NCBI GenBank assembly: GCA_965208905.1
Contig: OZ242365.1
Span: 1,440,001-1,504,000, forward strand
Direction: 5' to 3'
DNA from: Nitrosopumilaceae archaeon
GTDB lineage: Archaea; Thermoproteota; Nitrososphaeria; Nitrososphaerales; Nitrosopumilaceae
Length of the DNA: 64,000 bases
Made by a program: the position numbers and the translations under genes. Positions 21,941 to 32,635 of this stretch are shown in pieces. Below the pieces are notes generated by a model. The model was not told the origin of the DNA. It worked only from the letters and a program-made list of their open reading frames with translations, and did no database searches. Within the stretch, counting starts at the first letter, position 1; each line of letters opens with the position of its first letter.

Positions 21941-22671
21941 GATTGCTCCTCGGGAAAGTACTTCTCTGCCAATGCCTTCTTTTGCAGTTCATATACGATT
22001 TTACAGCCCTTTATGCCAATCTCAATACACTTGTTGTACTCTTCAAGTGACATGATACCATCTAGTTGTAGCAGGGTGATCTGATTTAGATTCGGCATAT
22101 ACGCTATGGGCATATCAGCCTGACCTGCCTGGTCCTCTTCGTTGTTTACATCTAAAATTACCGTATCGGCCACTTTGCCTGCTGCGCATGCAGAGACCAT
22201 ATCCCTCATGGGAATGCCTGCATCGGCCAAAGCTACGGCGGCAGCATCCAAGGCTGCGCAACGGGTACCGCCATCGGCCTGTAGTATCTCCATGTATACA
22301 TCAACAGCAGTTCTGGGAAACCTTTCTAGCATTACAGCTGGTTCTAACGCCTCACGGATAACCTTGGATATCTCTATCTCACGACGACTGGGTGCAGGAT
22401 TCTTTCGCTCGGAGACTGAAAACGGCACCATGTGGTAGCGACATCGTAGTATGCCGGTATCTGCATTTGACATATGCTTTGGGTGAACATCCCTGGGACC
22501 ATACACTCCTGCCAAAATCTTGTTATCGCCAAATTCTATATACGCAGAGCCGTTGGCATTCTTGAGTACACCAGCCTTTATCGTGATACGGCGGGGTTCA
22601 TCTACCTTACGACCATCACACCGAATTCCATTCTCATCTAAAAGCACCATATCGGTGTCGCGTCCACCCAT
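21937..22671 (-). CDS. rrp41: Exosome complex exonuclease Rrp41
   Basis: ANGSAYIE.G...VYGPR, SRREIEISKVI, QADGGTR. Confidence 0.97.
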   Translation of the reverse strand: MGGRDTDMVLLDENGIRCDGRKVDEPRRITIKAGVLKNANGSAYIEFGDNKILAGVYGPRDVHPKHMSNADTGILRCRYHMVPFSVSERKNPAPSRREIEISKVIREALEPAVMLERFPRTAVDVYMEILQADGGTRCAALDAAAVALADAGIPMRDMVSACAAGKVADTVILDVNNEEDQAGQADMPIAYMPNLNQITLLQLDGIMSLEEYNKCIEIGIKGCKIVYELQKKALAEKYFPEEQS

Positions 22672-23345
22672 TACTTTTCGGCCTCCAACATCTTTCTAAC
22701 TTTATCTGTCAAGTTGTGCATATGAGCCATTCTTTCAACCATACGAATTGCTTTTTTTGCCTTTATTAAGCCATTTGAATCTTCGCTGGAGGCAACCACC
22801 CAGCCATTCTGACCTACGGTTATCATTGAGTCAGTCTGGGATTCAATCATCTGTATCATTGTGCCACGCTTACCTATGAGTCTAGGTATCTTACTAGAAG
22901 ATATCTCTATCAGCTCACCAGAGTCTATCTTGCCCAAATCCCTATCCACAATAGTCAGTAGCGGATCCCGACTTCTGTCAGAGTTGGCTATGCGGGCAGC
23001 CACCAAATCACCTCGTTTGAGGCGCGTGTTCAACTCATCAGAACGGGCAGAAAAGTCACGACCAAACACATCTGTGGCGGGCAAAAATCCCACATAGCAT
23101 GAGTTTATGTCCAGCTCCCAGGCTAACGATGTATGTGTAGTTACTTTACCCACAACCATGTCGTCTATGCGAGGCATATACATGCCAGTCAGAGGTATCA
23201 CACGTACTGCACCATCAGCTATCTCAGATACGCCCACAGTCGTGGATACGATAAGACGTCCATCTAAGACTGTATTCTGATCAGCTCTGTAAGGACCAGT
23301 GGTAACAACATCGCCAGGAATGACGTGTTTTCGTTTTTCACTCAT
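22671..23345 (-). CDS. rrp4: Exosome RNA-binding protein Rrp4
   Basis: VIPGD, Y.P...D.VVG, KH motif IPRLIGKRG.M, VGQNG. Confidence 0.95.
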   Translation of the reverse strand: MSEKRKHVIPGDVVTTGPYRADQNTVLDGRLIVSTTVGVSEIADGAVRVIPLTGMYMPRIDDMVVGKVTTHTSLAWELDINSCYVGFLPATDVFGRDFSARSDELNTRLKRGDLVAARIANSDRSRDPLLTIVDRDLGKIDSGELIEISSSKIPRLIGKRGTMIQMIESQTDSMITVGQNGWVVASSEDSNGLIKAKKAIRMVERMAHMHNLTDKVRKMLEAEK

Positions 23346-24028
23346 CGTGAGATCTCCACAGAGGCAGCCCCCCGGGTAATTTGGTTCAATTTGTCTATCA
23401 CATTTTGCTTGGTAGCTGCTGATATTTCTAGTATTGCTTTTAGAGATCCATTGGGTAGCCAGTCAGACGTCTTCAAAGTTCCCACTGACTGTAGGACAGA
23501 GTATGAATGAGAGGCAAACTGTGCAGGTATGCTAACTTCAAGTAGCATCTGCTCTGTTTTTAGTGGTATTATGGATCGTAGTCGCTCCACCACACCAGGT
23601 ATCTGCTCCTCAGCAGGTTTTTGGGGATCGATAACAACCCGGGCATCCCGTATAGCCTGTTGTATACGCAGAGGCGGATGGGGCAGGTGTGTGCGCGGGT
23701 CCACATATGATTTTGCTATACGTTCTATTATTTGCAGTCGTTTGGCCTCGGTCATGCGACGGCGCTGCTCAGTAGTTAAATTCATTACACCTTTATTCAG
23801 TATTATGGTAGCCACCTCCACTGTATCTGATGTTCCAAACGCCTTCTGCAGATTTTCATCCGATGCGCGTGTTCCCTGACCAGAATCAGTGTATATGTCA
23901 TCAGATACAAGTACCGATGACGGGGAGATCTTCTTGCCACTCCTATACTCCAAGGCAGGATCTGGTTTTACTAGTATCTCAAACTTTAGGTCGCCATGTG
24001 AGTATCGTATCAGTGTATAGTCCACCAT
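23342..24028 (-). CDS. Ribosome maturation factor SBDS
   Basis: KFEILVKP, AFGT.D...VA..IL.KG, DPRT.LPHPP.RI. Confidence 0.95.
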   Translation of the reverse strand: MVDYTLIRYSHGDLKFEILVKPDPALEYRSGKKISPSSVLVSDDIYTDSGQGTRASDENLQKAFGTSDTVEVATIILNKGVMNLTTEQRRRMTEAKRLQIIERIAKSYVDPRTHLPHPPLRIQQAIRDARVVIDPQKPAEEQIPGVVERLRSIIPLKTEQMLLEVSIPAQFASHSYSVLQSVGTLKTSDWLPNGSLKAILEISAATKQNVIDKLNQITRGAASVEISR

Positions 24029-24304
24029 GGTATATGGAAAAGGTTTTCCGTATTTATTCATATATGTAACCATTAAGGAGACATCTATACAGCACCATGC
24101 CTGAATCATTCCTGTTCATGCACATGATATATGAGAAAACATCATACAACAGGTTATGAGTAAATAATACAGGTGTAGCTTTATAGTTCAATAAAGATGC
24201 AGAAAAATATGTATTTTTAAAATATCAATACGGTTGATAAAAACATAATAATTCATAACTCATCCTGTAACAAATTATATGATGTGTCATCTGTTTCATA
24301 CCAG

Positions 24305-25501
24305 ATGTCAGATATACAAAAGTACGATGTGATAGTTGTCGGAGGCGGTCCGGCAGGCTCGTCGGCAGCCTTGCAGGCTGCCAATGGTGGGGCATCGGTT
24401 CTGATGATTGAGAAGGAGCCCCAGATTGCCACAACTGTGCGCACCAGTGGCGTCACATGGATGGATACTGTAACAGAGTTTGAAATTCCTAAAAGATGCT
24501 ACAATCCCATCAAAAATTATGGATTTTGCTCCCCCAATAATTCGGTAATATTACATGATAAAACTCATCGAGCAGTTGTTCTAGATGTGCGCTCTACATA
24601 CAGATGGCTGGCCACACAAGCAGAGAAGGCCGGCGTTACAATACAAACTGGTGTTACAATAAAAAAAGCCACTCGAAATAATGATAATACAATTACAATA
24701 AGTGGTACCGATAACACTATAGCACAGGGTAAAATAATAGTTGATGCCAGTGGCTTCTCTAGCGTAGTTGCGCAGAGTTTAGGGGCGACCCAACAGTGGA
24801 GACGATTTGGTGTTGGCGCCGAATATGAGATGCATGCAGAAGATATAGATGCGGAAACCTGGTGGCTCATGGTGGGAAGCATGTACTCGCCTGCAGGGTA
24901 TGCATGGATATTTCCAGTGGGTGGCGACCTGGTCAGAATAGGTGTAGGTATAGCAAAGCCTGAATCGTCGGTGGATCCACGGGAGGTACTTGATAATATT
25001 CTGCAAAAGAAGATAGGGCCAGTGGCCAACCTGGGACATCTTAAGATCTCTGAGTATCATTATGGTCTGATACCCAATAGCGGTATCGACAGAAAGAGCG
25101 TATATGATGGTATGATTTTGGTGGGGGATAGCGCCGGCCAGTCAAATCCGTTAGTATTGGAAGGAATACGGTTTGCCATACGGTTTGGTCGCATGGCAGG
25201 TGATGCGGCTGCCGCCGCCATACATGACCCTAATAACGCAAAGCCCATACTATCATCATATGAGACGGATTGGCGGAGGATGGCCGAAGCTCGCATCCGT
25301 TCGGCATACAAAGTACAGAACCGCTGGCTTGCCCTATCCGATGAAGGGTGGGACAAGGAGCTAAATATAATAAAAGAGTTGAGCGTTGATGAATTTCTAG
25401 ACTTTGTGCGTGCTGATTTTACAATGTCTAAAATAATAAAGATGACTTTACGCCATCCACGTCTGGCTGTACGGCAGTTATTCAAGCTTGTACAGCATTA
25501 A
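24305..25501 (+). CDS. Geranylgeranyl reductase-family flavoprotein
   Basis: YDVIVVGGGPAG, PAGYAWIFP, LVGDSAG..NP...EGI. Confidence 0.9.
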   Translation: MSDIQKYDVIVVGGGPAGSSAALQAANGGASVLMIEKEPQIATTVRTSGVTWMDTVTEFEIPKRCYNPIKNYGFCSPNNSVILHDKTHRAVVLDVRSTYRWLATQAEKAGVTIQTGVTIKKATRNNDNTITISGTDNTIAQGKIIVDASGFSSVVAQSLGATQQWRRFGVGAEYEMHAEDIDAETWWLMVGSMYSPAGYAWIFPVGGDLVRIGVGIAKPESSVDPREVLDNILQKKIGPVANLGHLKISEYHYGLIPNSGIDRKSVYDGMILVGDSAGQSNPLVLEGIRFAIRFGRMAGDAAAAAIHDPNNAKPILSSYETDWRRMAEARIRSAYKVQNRWLALSDEGWDKELNIIKELSVDEFLDFVRADFTMSKIIKMTLRHPRLAVRQLFKLVQH

Positions 25502-25987
25502 TGCTAATATGATGTATTTTTTTGTCTGGAGTTAATCGCAATAATAGGAATTAAATATTCAAGTTGTGCATCCACTAAATGTTGTGTACAAATAGAATAA
25601 TCATAGTACATAATGAGTGGATTTATTAATATTTTTGATTAATTCACATAATAAAATTATTCTACACATCAGGCTACGTAAAAGTAGTTTAATCTAACTG
25701 TAATTAATCATGTCAAATTAATTGCAAGTATTTGTAATGTGAAATATAGTAGTGTCAATCTATGTAAAAGTAGTTTAATTTAATTTAATTAAATTAAGTT
25801 ATTACATGGACTGGCATTAGAATGGTTTGGCGAATCTTCGTGCTGGGCCGCTTGGTTTTTCTACGATCCGAGATATAACAGCAGGCTTGTTCGGACGAAT
25901 AGTTTTTTCACAGCGTTACTACCAGAATCATGACGTACAGTTGGCAATCACGTATGTTTATAAGAGGATGTATGAGAATAGACAAAA

Positions 25988-26284
25988 ATGGCCTCAAAGA
26001 ATAAACCAGCAGCTGCGCAGGAGAAGAAACGAAAGACACAAGATCCCAAGAAGGACAAGTCTACCGGACCTGCAAAAGCCGAGATCACTGTCATACTGAC
26101 AGAACAACAGGTATCCAAATTCACAAAGAACGCCAAAGTAATTACAGCTCAAGAGTTGGCCCGGCAGGCGGGCGTAAAGACATCTGCAGCCAACAAATAC
26201 CTAAAAGATGCTGTAACTAAAGGAACTATAAAGCGAGTGGGCGGATACAGTGGGCACTGGCTCTATCAGGTAGTATCCTCATAG
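25988..26284 (+). CDS. rps25e: 30S ribosomal protein S25e
   Basis: Basic N-terminus, KVIT..ELA...GVK.S.A..YL, C-terminal LY motif. Confidence 0.85.
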   Translation: MASKNKPAAAQEKKRKTQDPKKDKSTGPAKAEITVILTEQQVSKFTKNAKVITAQELARQAGVKTSAANKYLKDAVTKGTIKRVGGYSGHWLYQVVSS

Positions 26285-26667
26285 ATACTCATCGTATCAC
26301 CAGATTGTAGTGATTTTAATATGGATATGTCACCCTCCATCACACCCAATGGGGTCATGAGTTTTTTGGTGTCATAATCACCTACAATAAAACAGAGGCA
26401 TTGTTGACCGGGTAGAAATGCAATATCGCCAGCCGAGAAGTCATCCCGGCCCCGCTCCAGACTAGACTTTATCTCGGCATTTATGTATACCATCTGCCCT
26501 AAAGAGTGTACATGGCCACGTAATGGTAATGATGCCAGTATACGTCGTACAGTACGTGGTGCCAAATGCCGTTTTAGATGTAGTCGTATTGAAACTCCAC
26601 GTACATCCAGCATTATCTTTTGATAGGATAGTGTACGGCTCTGCAGTATCTTGTCTTTAGATGACAT
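26266..26667 (-). CDS. Cyclophilin-like fold protein
   Basis: HLAPRTV..I...LP, GDIAFLP....LCF. Confidence 0.75.
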   Translation of the reverse strand: MSSKDKILQSRTLSYQKIMLDVRGVSIRLHLKRHLAPRTVRRILASLPLRGHVHSLGQMVYINAEIKSSLERGRDDFSAGDIAFLPGQQCLCFIVGDYDTKKLMTPLGVMEGDISILKSLQSGDTMSIYEDTT

Positions 26668-29300
26668 TATACTTCACTGATGGCGGCTTGCGCAGCAGCC
26701 ACCATCGCTATGGGAATGCGGTGGGGCGAGGCGCTAACATAACTTATGCCAGAAGCATGACAAAACTTTACAGAGTTTGGGTCACCGCCATGCTCTCCGC
26801 ATATTCCAATCTCCATAGAACTATTGACAGAGCGTCCTTTAGATATTGCTATATTCATCAGTTCGCCAACACCATCAACATCTAGTGACTGGAATGGGTT
26901 ATGAGACAGTATCTCTTTATCCATATACTCAGGAAGGAACTTGCCTTCAGCATCCTCACGGCTAAATGAGTAAGTGGCTTGTGTCAGGTCGTTGGTGCCA
27001 AAACTAAAGAACTCAGCCGTTGTGGCCAGTGCATTCGCAGTTATGGCTGCCCGGACCACCTCTATCATAGTTCCAAAGTTTACAGAGAGTTTGCGGTTGT
27101 ATCTCTTCTCCATCTCTGCCTTTATTGTGCCGTATATCTCTTTGATATAGTTCAACTCCTCAACACTTCCCACCTGGGGAATCATTATCTGGGGGCGAGC
27201 ATCGACTTTTTCGTTGGCCAGTCTGGCAGTAGCCTCAAAGACTGCCCTGATCTGCATCTTGTATATTTCAGGGTAGGTAATACCGACTCGAACGCCTCTG
27301 TGACCCATCATGGGATTGACTTCGGCCAAATCCCTAGCCCGGCGCAGAACAGGTGTAGTGTCTTGCGCATCGGACTTTGACATCGTCTTTATCTTGTTGC
27401 TTAGGGTCTCGGGATCTGGTAAAAATTCATGTAGTGGCGGATCCAGTAATCGTATAGTAACTGGATATCCTTCCATGGCTCGTAGTATCTTGACAAAGTC
27501 ACTACGCTGTAGTTGTTGCAGTTTCTGCAGTATCTTGTTTCGCTGTGTTATATCATCAGCCATTATCATATCAACAAAGAGTCCTATTCGATCTTTGGCG
27601 TTAAACATCCTTTCAGTGCGGCACAGTCCAATTCCTTGCGCCCCATACTTGCGGGCCAGTCGGGCGGCTTCAGGAGTATCTGCATTTGCTCGGATTCCCA
27701 AGCGTTTGGAGTCTTGAGCCCAGGATAGTAATCTTTTAAAGTTTTTAGTTATCTTGGGAGATATTGTGGGTACCTCGCCTGTATATATTACGCCAGTAGA
27801 GCCATCTATTGTTATCGAGTCCCCACTATGTAGTGTGGCATTTTGGGTAGTACATGTATCTGAATCATAGTCTATGTGCAGGTCCACACAGCCGACTATG
27901 CAGGGCTTGCCCATACCGCGGGCCACCACTGCAGCGTGTGATGTCTTGCCGCCCCTGCTGGTCAATATGCCCATCGAAGCAAAGAATGCAGGTACATCTT
28001 CAGGCTTTGTCTCCTCCCGGACTAGAATGACAGGCTTTCCCTCCTCGCCTAGTGCGGTAGCCTTCTTGACATCAAAGACTACGATACCAGACGCAGCTCC
28101 GGGCGAAGCTGCAATTCCCTTGGCCAGTATTTTGTGATTTTTGGCGGCCTTTGTATCTATACTAGGGTGCAGCATCTGCTCTAGTTGATCTGCAGAGAGT
28201 CTGGATACGGCACGGTTCTTGTCTATCAGACCCTCATCAACCATCTCTACAGATGTGCGAACCATCGATACGGCATTCATTTTGGCGCTTCGGGTCTGCA
28301 GTAGATAAAAGCGACCCTGCTCCAGTGTGAACTCTATATCTTGTGGTTCAGAAAAGTGTTGCTCTAATGTATTGCAGGTCTGCACCAATGTATCGTATGC
28401 CTCGGGCAACTCCTTCTTCATGTTAGATACAGGTTTTGGTGTGCGCGTACCAGCAACAACATCCTCACCTTGTGCATTAACCAGATAATCACCAAATATT
28501 TGATTGGCTCCATTTCCAGGGTTTCGGGTAAATATTACGCCTGTGGCCGAGTCGTTACCCATGTTACCAAATACCATGGTTACTACATTCACGGCAGTAC
28601 CATCGGCAATATCCGGAGTGATGTTATTCTTTTCGCGATACACCAAGGCCCTCTCACCCATCCAGCTGGCAAATACTGCTTTTATTGCCAACTCAAGCTG
28701 CTCGTCCGGATCAGATGGGAACTCTGCTCCTGTCTGTTTCTTGCATACATCTTTGTATTTTTTCACTATATTCTGCAACGAGTTCTCATCAAGCTCGCTA
28801 TCCAGAGTAACATTGCAGCGGGTCTTCTCTGCATTCAATATATCATCAAAGTGCGAGTCATCAACACCAAAGACAACCTTGCCAAAGAGTTGTATGAATC
28901 GACGATACGAATCCCAGGCAAATCTTGGATTACCACTCTGCGTCTCCAGACCAACTACAGTATCATCATTCAAGCCTAGATTCAGTACTGTATCCATCAT
29001 CCCAGGCATTGAGATGGCTGCGCCAGAACGCACCGATACCAACAGGGGGTTGGTCTTAGACTTCCATCTCTTTCCGGTCTCTTTGTCCAGTACCGCTATC
29101 TTACGTTTTACCTCCTTCATCAACGACTTTGGTAGTGTGTTGTTGTTTGCATAGTACGACTTGCACACATCCGTGGTAATTACAAAGCCAGGAGGAACCG
29201 GTAGTTTCAAGGATGTCATCTCACATAGGCCAGCTCCTTTTCCACCAAGTAATCGGCGGCTCTGACCATATCCTTCATTGAAAAGATAGACTGTCTTCAA
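26667..29300 (-). CDS. ppdK: Pyruvate, phosphate dikinase
   Basis: LLGGKGA.L, PLLVSVRSGA..SMPGMMDT, GGKTSHAAVVARG, GIGLCRTE, FSFGTNDLTQ, GICGEHGG. Confidence 0.98.
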   Translation of the reverse strand: MKTVYLFNEGYGQSRRLLGGKGAGLCEMTSLKLPVPPGFVITTDVCKSYYANNNTLPKSLMKEVKRKIAVLDKETGKRWKSKTNPLLVSVRSGAAISMPGMMDTVLNLGLNDDTVVGLETQSGNPRFAWDSYRRFIQLFGKVVFGVDDSHFDDILNAEKTRCNVTLDSELDENSLQNIVKKYKDVCKKQTGAEFPSDPDEQLELAIKAVFASWMGERALVYREKNNITPDIADGTAVNVVTMVFGNMGNDSATGVIFTRNPGNGANQIFGDYLVNAQGEDVVAGTRTPKPVSNMKKELPEAYDTLVQTCNTLEQHFSEPQDIEFTLEQGRFYLLQTRSAKMNAVSMVRTSVEMVDEGLIDKNRAVSRLSADQLEQMLHPSIDTKAAKNHKILAKGIAASPGAASGIVVFDVKKATALGEEGKPVILVREETKPEDVPAFFASMGILTSRGGKTSHAAVVARGMGKPCIVGCVDLHIDYDSDTCTTQNATLHSGDSITIDGSTGVIYTGEVPTISPKITKNFKRLLSWAQDSKRLGIRANADTPEAARLARKYGAQGIGLCRTERMFNAKDRIGLFVDMIMADDITQRNKILQKLQQLQRSDFVKILRAMEGYPVTIRLLDPPLHEFLPDPETLSNKIKTMSKSDAQDTTPVLRRARDLAEVNPMMGHRGVRVGITYPEIYKMQIRAVFEATARLANEKVDARPQIMIPQVGSVEELNYIKEIYGTIKAEMEKRYNRKLSVNFGTMIEVVRAAITANALATTAEFFSFGTNDLTQATYSFSREDAEGKFLPEYMDKEILSHNPFQSLDVDGVGELMNIAISKGRSVNSSMEIGICGEHGGDPNSVKFCHASGISYVSASPHRIPIAMVAAAQAAISEV

Positions 29301-29338
29301 ACAATTTTCACCTATTTATGGCTCTTTTAAAGCCTTGC

Positions 29339-30776
29339 GGGGCTTATCCCTGTAACTGTAACCTAAAAACAGCCAGACTTGTAAACCCATATCATGAGTT
29401 AGGTTTTTAAAGTACTATAGCGTATAGAACGGCATGTATAGATCACATAGCGTCCGCATAGACCTGACACGCTCTCAGGCGCGTCACATATCCAAAATAC
29501 GGAACTCACAGCGGTTCGTGTATAATTGGGCCGTAGAGAAGCTGCTGGCCGACCCCACACTCACTACATATGATCTCTCCAGGGAGTTTACCAAACTTCG
29601 CAGATGTACACCGCACCTACAGGAAGTAGAGCGCATATACCAAAATACGGCCATCCAGCAGGCCCGCACTGCTGCGGATGTCTCGAACAAATACGGCAAC
29701 GGCAAACTAGGTTTCCGCTCCAAAAAGCTTGACAATACAAAGGCAGTATCATGTGATGTACAGCCTGTATATGTGGACAACAGACACGCGTCATTGCCGG
29801 GCCTTGGTGTTGTTGAGTTGCCTGAGGAGCAGCCATACCAATTTCCACACAACTGGCTGTATGGCTCAAGGTCTTTCCGTTTGGTATGTATAACACCAAA
29901 GTCGTGGGGGCACGTCAAGTCATGTGACCATATCTACCGGTTGCACATAACATATGACGTACCTACACCCGAACGGCGCGCCAAGACCGGTGTTGTTGCC
30001 GGCATAGATAGGGGGATAACAAATCCAACGGTTGTCTGTAAGACAGACCATAACGCCTCAAATATAACATCATACGATACAGCAACCGCATTCCGCACTA
30101 ACCGTACATGGAATGATGATGCGCGTCGTACCATATCACACCGCAACAAGCACTCCCGTACAACATACAAGATGAAACGCAAGCGAGAAAAGTACAATCG
30201 TGGTAATGCGAATGACCGCGAGTATGCAGAATGGTTATTGGCCAAGAAGATATGCGAGGGTGTGGATGTGATATATGTCGAGCAGCTCCACCTTGAGGCC
30301 ATGAGCAGGCGCGGTGGTAGGCACAAAAAGGGCATGAATCGTGGTATGAGGTTCATTCGGCATTATGCAATACTGCGAAAGATACGCATTGTCGCAGAGC
30401 GGTTGGGCATCCGTGTAGTAGAGGTGAATCCAAAACACACGAGTCAGGAGTGCAGTATATGCGGCTACACAAACAAGGAGAATCGAAATGGGGAGACATT
30501 CAAGTGTCTCAAATGTGACCACATGGCAAACGCCGACGGCAATGCGTCGGTGAATATAATTCAACGGGGGACCGGTATGAAGGTTCCCGCGGGGGAAGGA
30601 ATAGCCCTCGAAAGGCGTGAAATGGGCCGGACCCGGAAGCCACCTGTTTGTGCAGTTCCGGACGCCAAGCGGCGGCGTGAGAATCAAGCGTGCAATCGAC
30701 CCAAAACATCAAGCGTCATGAAGCACCTGGGAATGTACGCGTATGTTACGTATGTTCAGTAAGGTGGATAATTCCC
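29339..30776 (+). mobile_element. tnpB-only element with terminal inverted repeats and 8-bp target duplication
   Basis: agccttgc at 29331-29338 and 30777-30784. Left end ggggcttatcc versus right-end reverse complement gggaattatcc (9/11). Confidence 0.8.
29434..30762 (+). CDS. tnpB: TnpB-family RNA-guided endonuclease (copy 2)
   Basis: RFVYNWA, RuvC-I GIDRG, RuvC-II VEQL, HTSQECSICG...FKCLKC, RuvC-III NADGNASVNI. Confidence 0.93.
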   Translation: MYRSHSVRIDLTRSQARHISKIRNSQRFVYNWAVEKLLADPTLTTYDLSREFTKLRRCTPHLQEVERIYQNTAIQQARTAADVSNKYGNGKLGFRSKKLDNTKAVSCDVQPVYVDNRHASLPGLGVVELPEEQPYQFPHNWLYGSRSFRLVCITPKSWGHVKSCDHIYRLHITYDVPTPERRAKTGVVAGIDRGITNPTVVCKTDHNASNITSYDTATAFRTNRTWNDDARRTISHRNKHSRTTYKMKRKREKYNRGNANDREYAEWLLAKKICEGVDVIYVEQLHLEAMSRRGGRHKKGMNRGMRFIRHYAILRKIRIVAERLGIRVVEVNPKHTSQECSICGYTNKENRNGETFKCLKCDHMANADGNASVNIIQRGTGMKVPAGEGIALERREMGRTRKPPVCAVPDAKRRRENQACNRPKTSSVMKHLGMYAYVTYVQ

Positions 30777-31250
30777 AGCCTTGCCATGAAAGTATTGTGG
30801 GTTTTGCAGAATGGTATCGTGTGGAGTATAGTGTTTTTTTATCTCTTGGTGCGTACACAATATTATATGTTGTAAGGTGCCAGAAGGTCCAACTTCAGAT
30901 GTGTTATACGGTTGGCGTTACAGACACAAAATAGATGACATATACAATATATTGTCAAAAATTATCTGTGAATAGCATCTTTTATTCCACACCAAATAGT
31001 GTCCAAAAACATGAAAGTTAATTTTTGGGGCTGGGAAGATACGGTGACCTGGTGTATACTGGAAAGTTTGTGACTCGGAGTGGAAGGGAGGTCGTTATAC
31101 ATTAGGAGTGTGGAGTCATATATGAGGTCGCATACTTACATTTCCAGCCTAGGTGTTTTAACTGAATGGGAGCCATACACTGAACAGTTCAGCCTTGACA
31201 GAACCATTCAATCAAATAAAATTTTTAAAAAAGCGCATCATAATATAACT

Positions 31251-31430
31251 ATGGGCATGGATTTAGATGAGTTGGAACGCAAGTGCCGAGAATACGAAGC
31301 CGGCTCCAAGGAACTACACGAATGGGCGGTACAACACGGCGCGACGGAACTTGCGGAATCGACCAAGCGTAGTGGATCTGGATGGGATGAAGTCTACAAG
31401 AAGATTGAAGAGTATAGGAACTCAACGTAA
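31251..31430 (+). CDS. 59-aa helical hypothetical passenger protein
   Basis: MGMDLDELERKCREYE...KKIEEYRNST; tttttaaa TATA-like box ~25 bp upstream. Confidence 0.6.
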   Translation: MGMDLDELERKCREYEAGSKELHEWAVQHGATELAESTKRSGSGWDEVYKKIEEYRNST

Positions 31431-31525
31431 CTTCTCAAGATCATCCAAATCCTTCTCCAACTCCACTTTTTTATCTCTCAAGATGGTTCCCATATCATAC
31501 ATTTCATGGGTTTCACAATCAACTA

Positions 31526-32635
31526 TAGTTGGGAGCATAAATAATCCTACATTCTGTTAGAAAGGCATAAATGATCAAAATTATTACCTAATTATATGAA
31601 TAACCAAACTAATGCCCAAAAAATAAAGGCTGCCCTAAAACAGACTAAGAGTACAACGCAATACGCCCGTATCGTAGCCGTAAATATGGTGCGCGTTAAA
31701 GGATATACCGTCTCTGCGGCAGCGGATGTGCTTGGTGTAGATCGTAGCACCATATATGATTGGCTTAATGTCTACGACCATAAAGGCCTGGATGGCCTCG
31801 CCGATGGTGCGAGGCCTGGCCGTCCATCTTTCGTACCGCGCCACACATTAGAGAATATAATTAACAATACCAAACAATTCACCGCCTACGGATTTGTTAA
31901 ACTGGCTGAGAAAAAGACCGGCATAAAATACAGCGAATCGCAAGCGCGCCGTATCCTTAGGTCTCTTGGGTTTACCATACGGAAGACTCCCCGGATATCC
32001 GACCGAATTCCACCAAGGAAAGATCTCGAAATCTGGCAGAAAGATGCCAAAAATGAGATAGAAACATTGGAAAAAGACGGATTCACGCCTATAATGTCGG
32101 ATGAAAGCCACCAAAATTTGAGCATGTTTGGCAGCGGCGCAGTCTATACACGCGGTGATGCCATACCGGTACAAACACCACTCGGCAACCAGCGCCAGAC
32201 CATATACGGCGGCATCACGCTGGACGGGCAGACATGCTATATGGCCGCTAGCAAGGCCAACGACAGGTCCTTTATCCGGTATTTGAACAAGACGAAAAAA
32301 CGGTTCGGCAAGGTTGCCGTAATACTGGACAATGCCGCATATCACAACTCTAGTCGTGTAAAGCGATACTTGAAAAAGAATAATAATTTCGTCAAACTGA
32401 TATTCTTGCCTCCATACTCGCCGTTTTTAAATCCGGCCGAATGGTTATGGCTCAACGGCAAGGCAAGGATACGGCGAACTTTCAGGCGGCCGGCCAAAAG
32501 ATATTTCCGAAGAAAAATCATGCTGATATACGAGTCACTGGAAATAAAGTTTGATCCGCGCAATATTCTGTTCAGAAATTTGGACAGAATCCTGCCGGTG
32601 TAAAACTGGTGTCGGGTTATTTATGCACCTAACTA
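31526..32635 (+). mobile_element. IS630-family insertion sequence
   Basis: Inverted ends tagttgggagcataaataatcctaca / tagttaggtgcataaataacccgaca; TA duplicated at 31524-25 and 32636-37. Confidence 0.93.
31596..32603 (+). CDS. IS630-family DDE transposase
   Basis: HTH, RPGRP, DES, ILDNAAYH, FLPPYSP.LNP.E.LW. Confidence 0.95.
   Translation: MNNQTNAQKIKAALKQTKSTTQYARIVAVNMVRVKGYTVSAAADVLGVDRSTIYDWLNVYDHKGLDGLADGARPGRPSFVPRHTLENIINNTKQFTAYGFVKLAEKKTGIKYSESQARRILRSLGFTIRKTPRISDRIPPRKDLEIWQKDAKNEIETLEKDGFTPIMSDESHQNLSMFGSGAVYTRGDAIPVQTPLGNQRQTIYGGITLDGQTCYMAASKANDRSFIRYLNKTKKRFGKVAVILDNAAYHNSSRVKRYLKKNNNFVKLIFLPPYSPFLNPAEWLWLNGKARIRRTFRRPAKRYFRRKIMLIYESLEIKFDPRNILFRNLDRILPV

Noticed and set aside
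25502-25830. Very AT-rich tract as replication origin
   Set aside because: No ORB-like repeats recognised and no cdc6/orc1 nearby.
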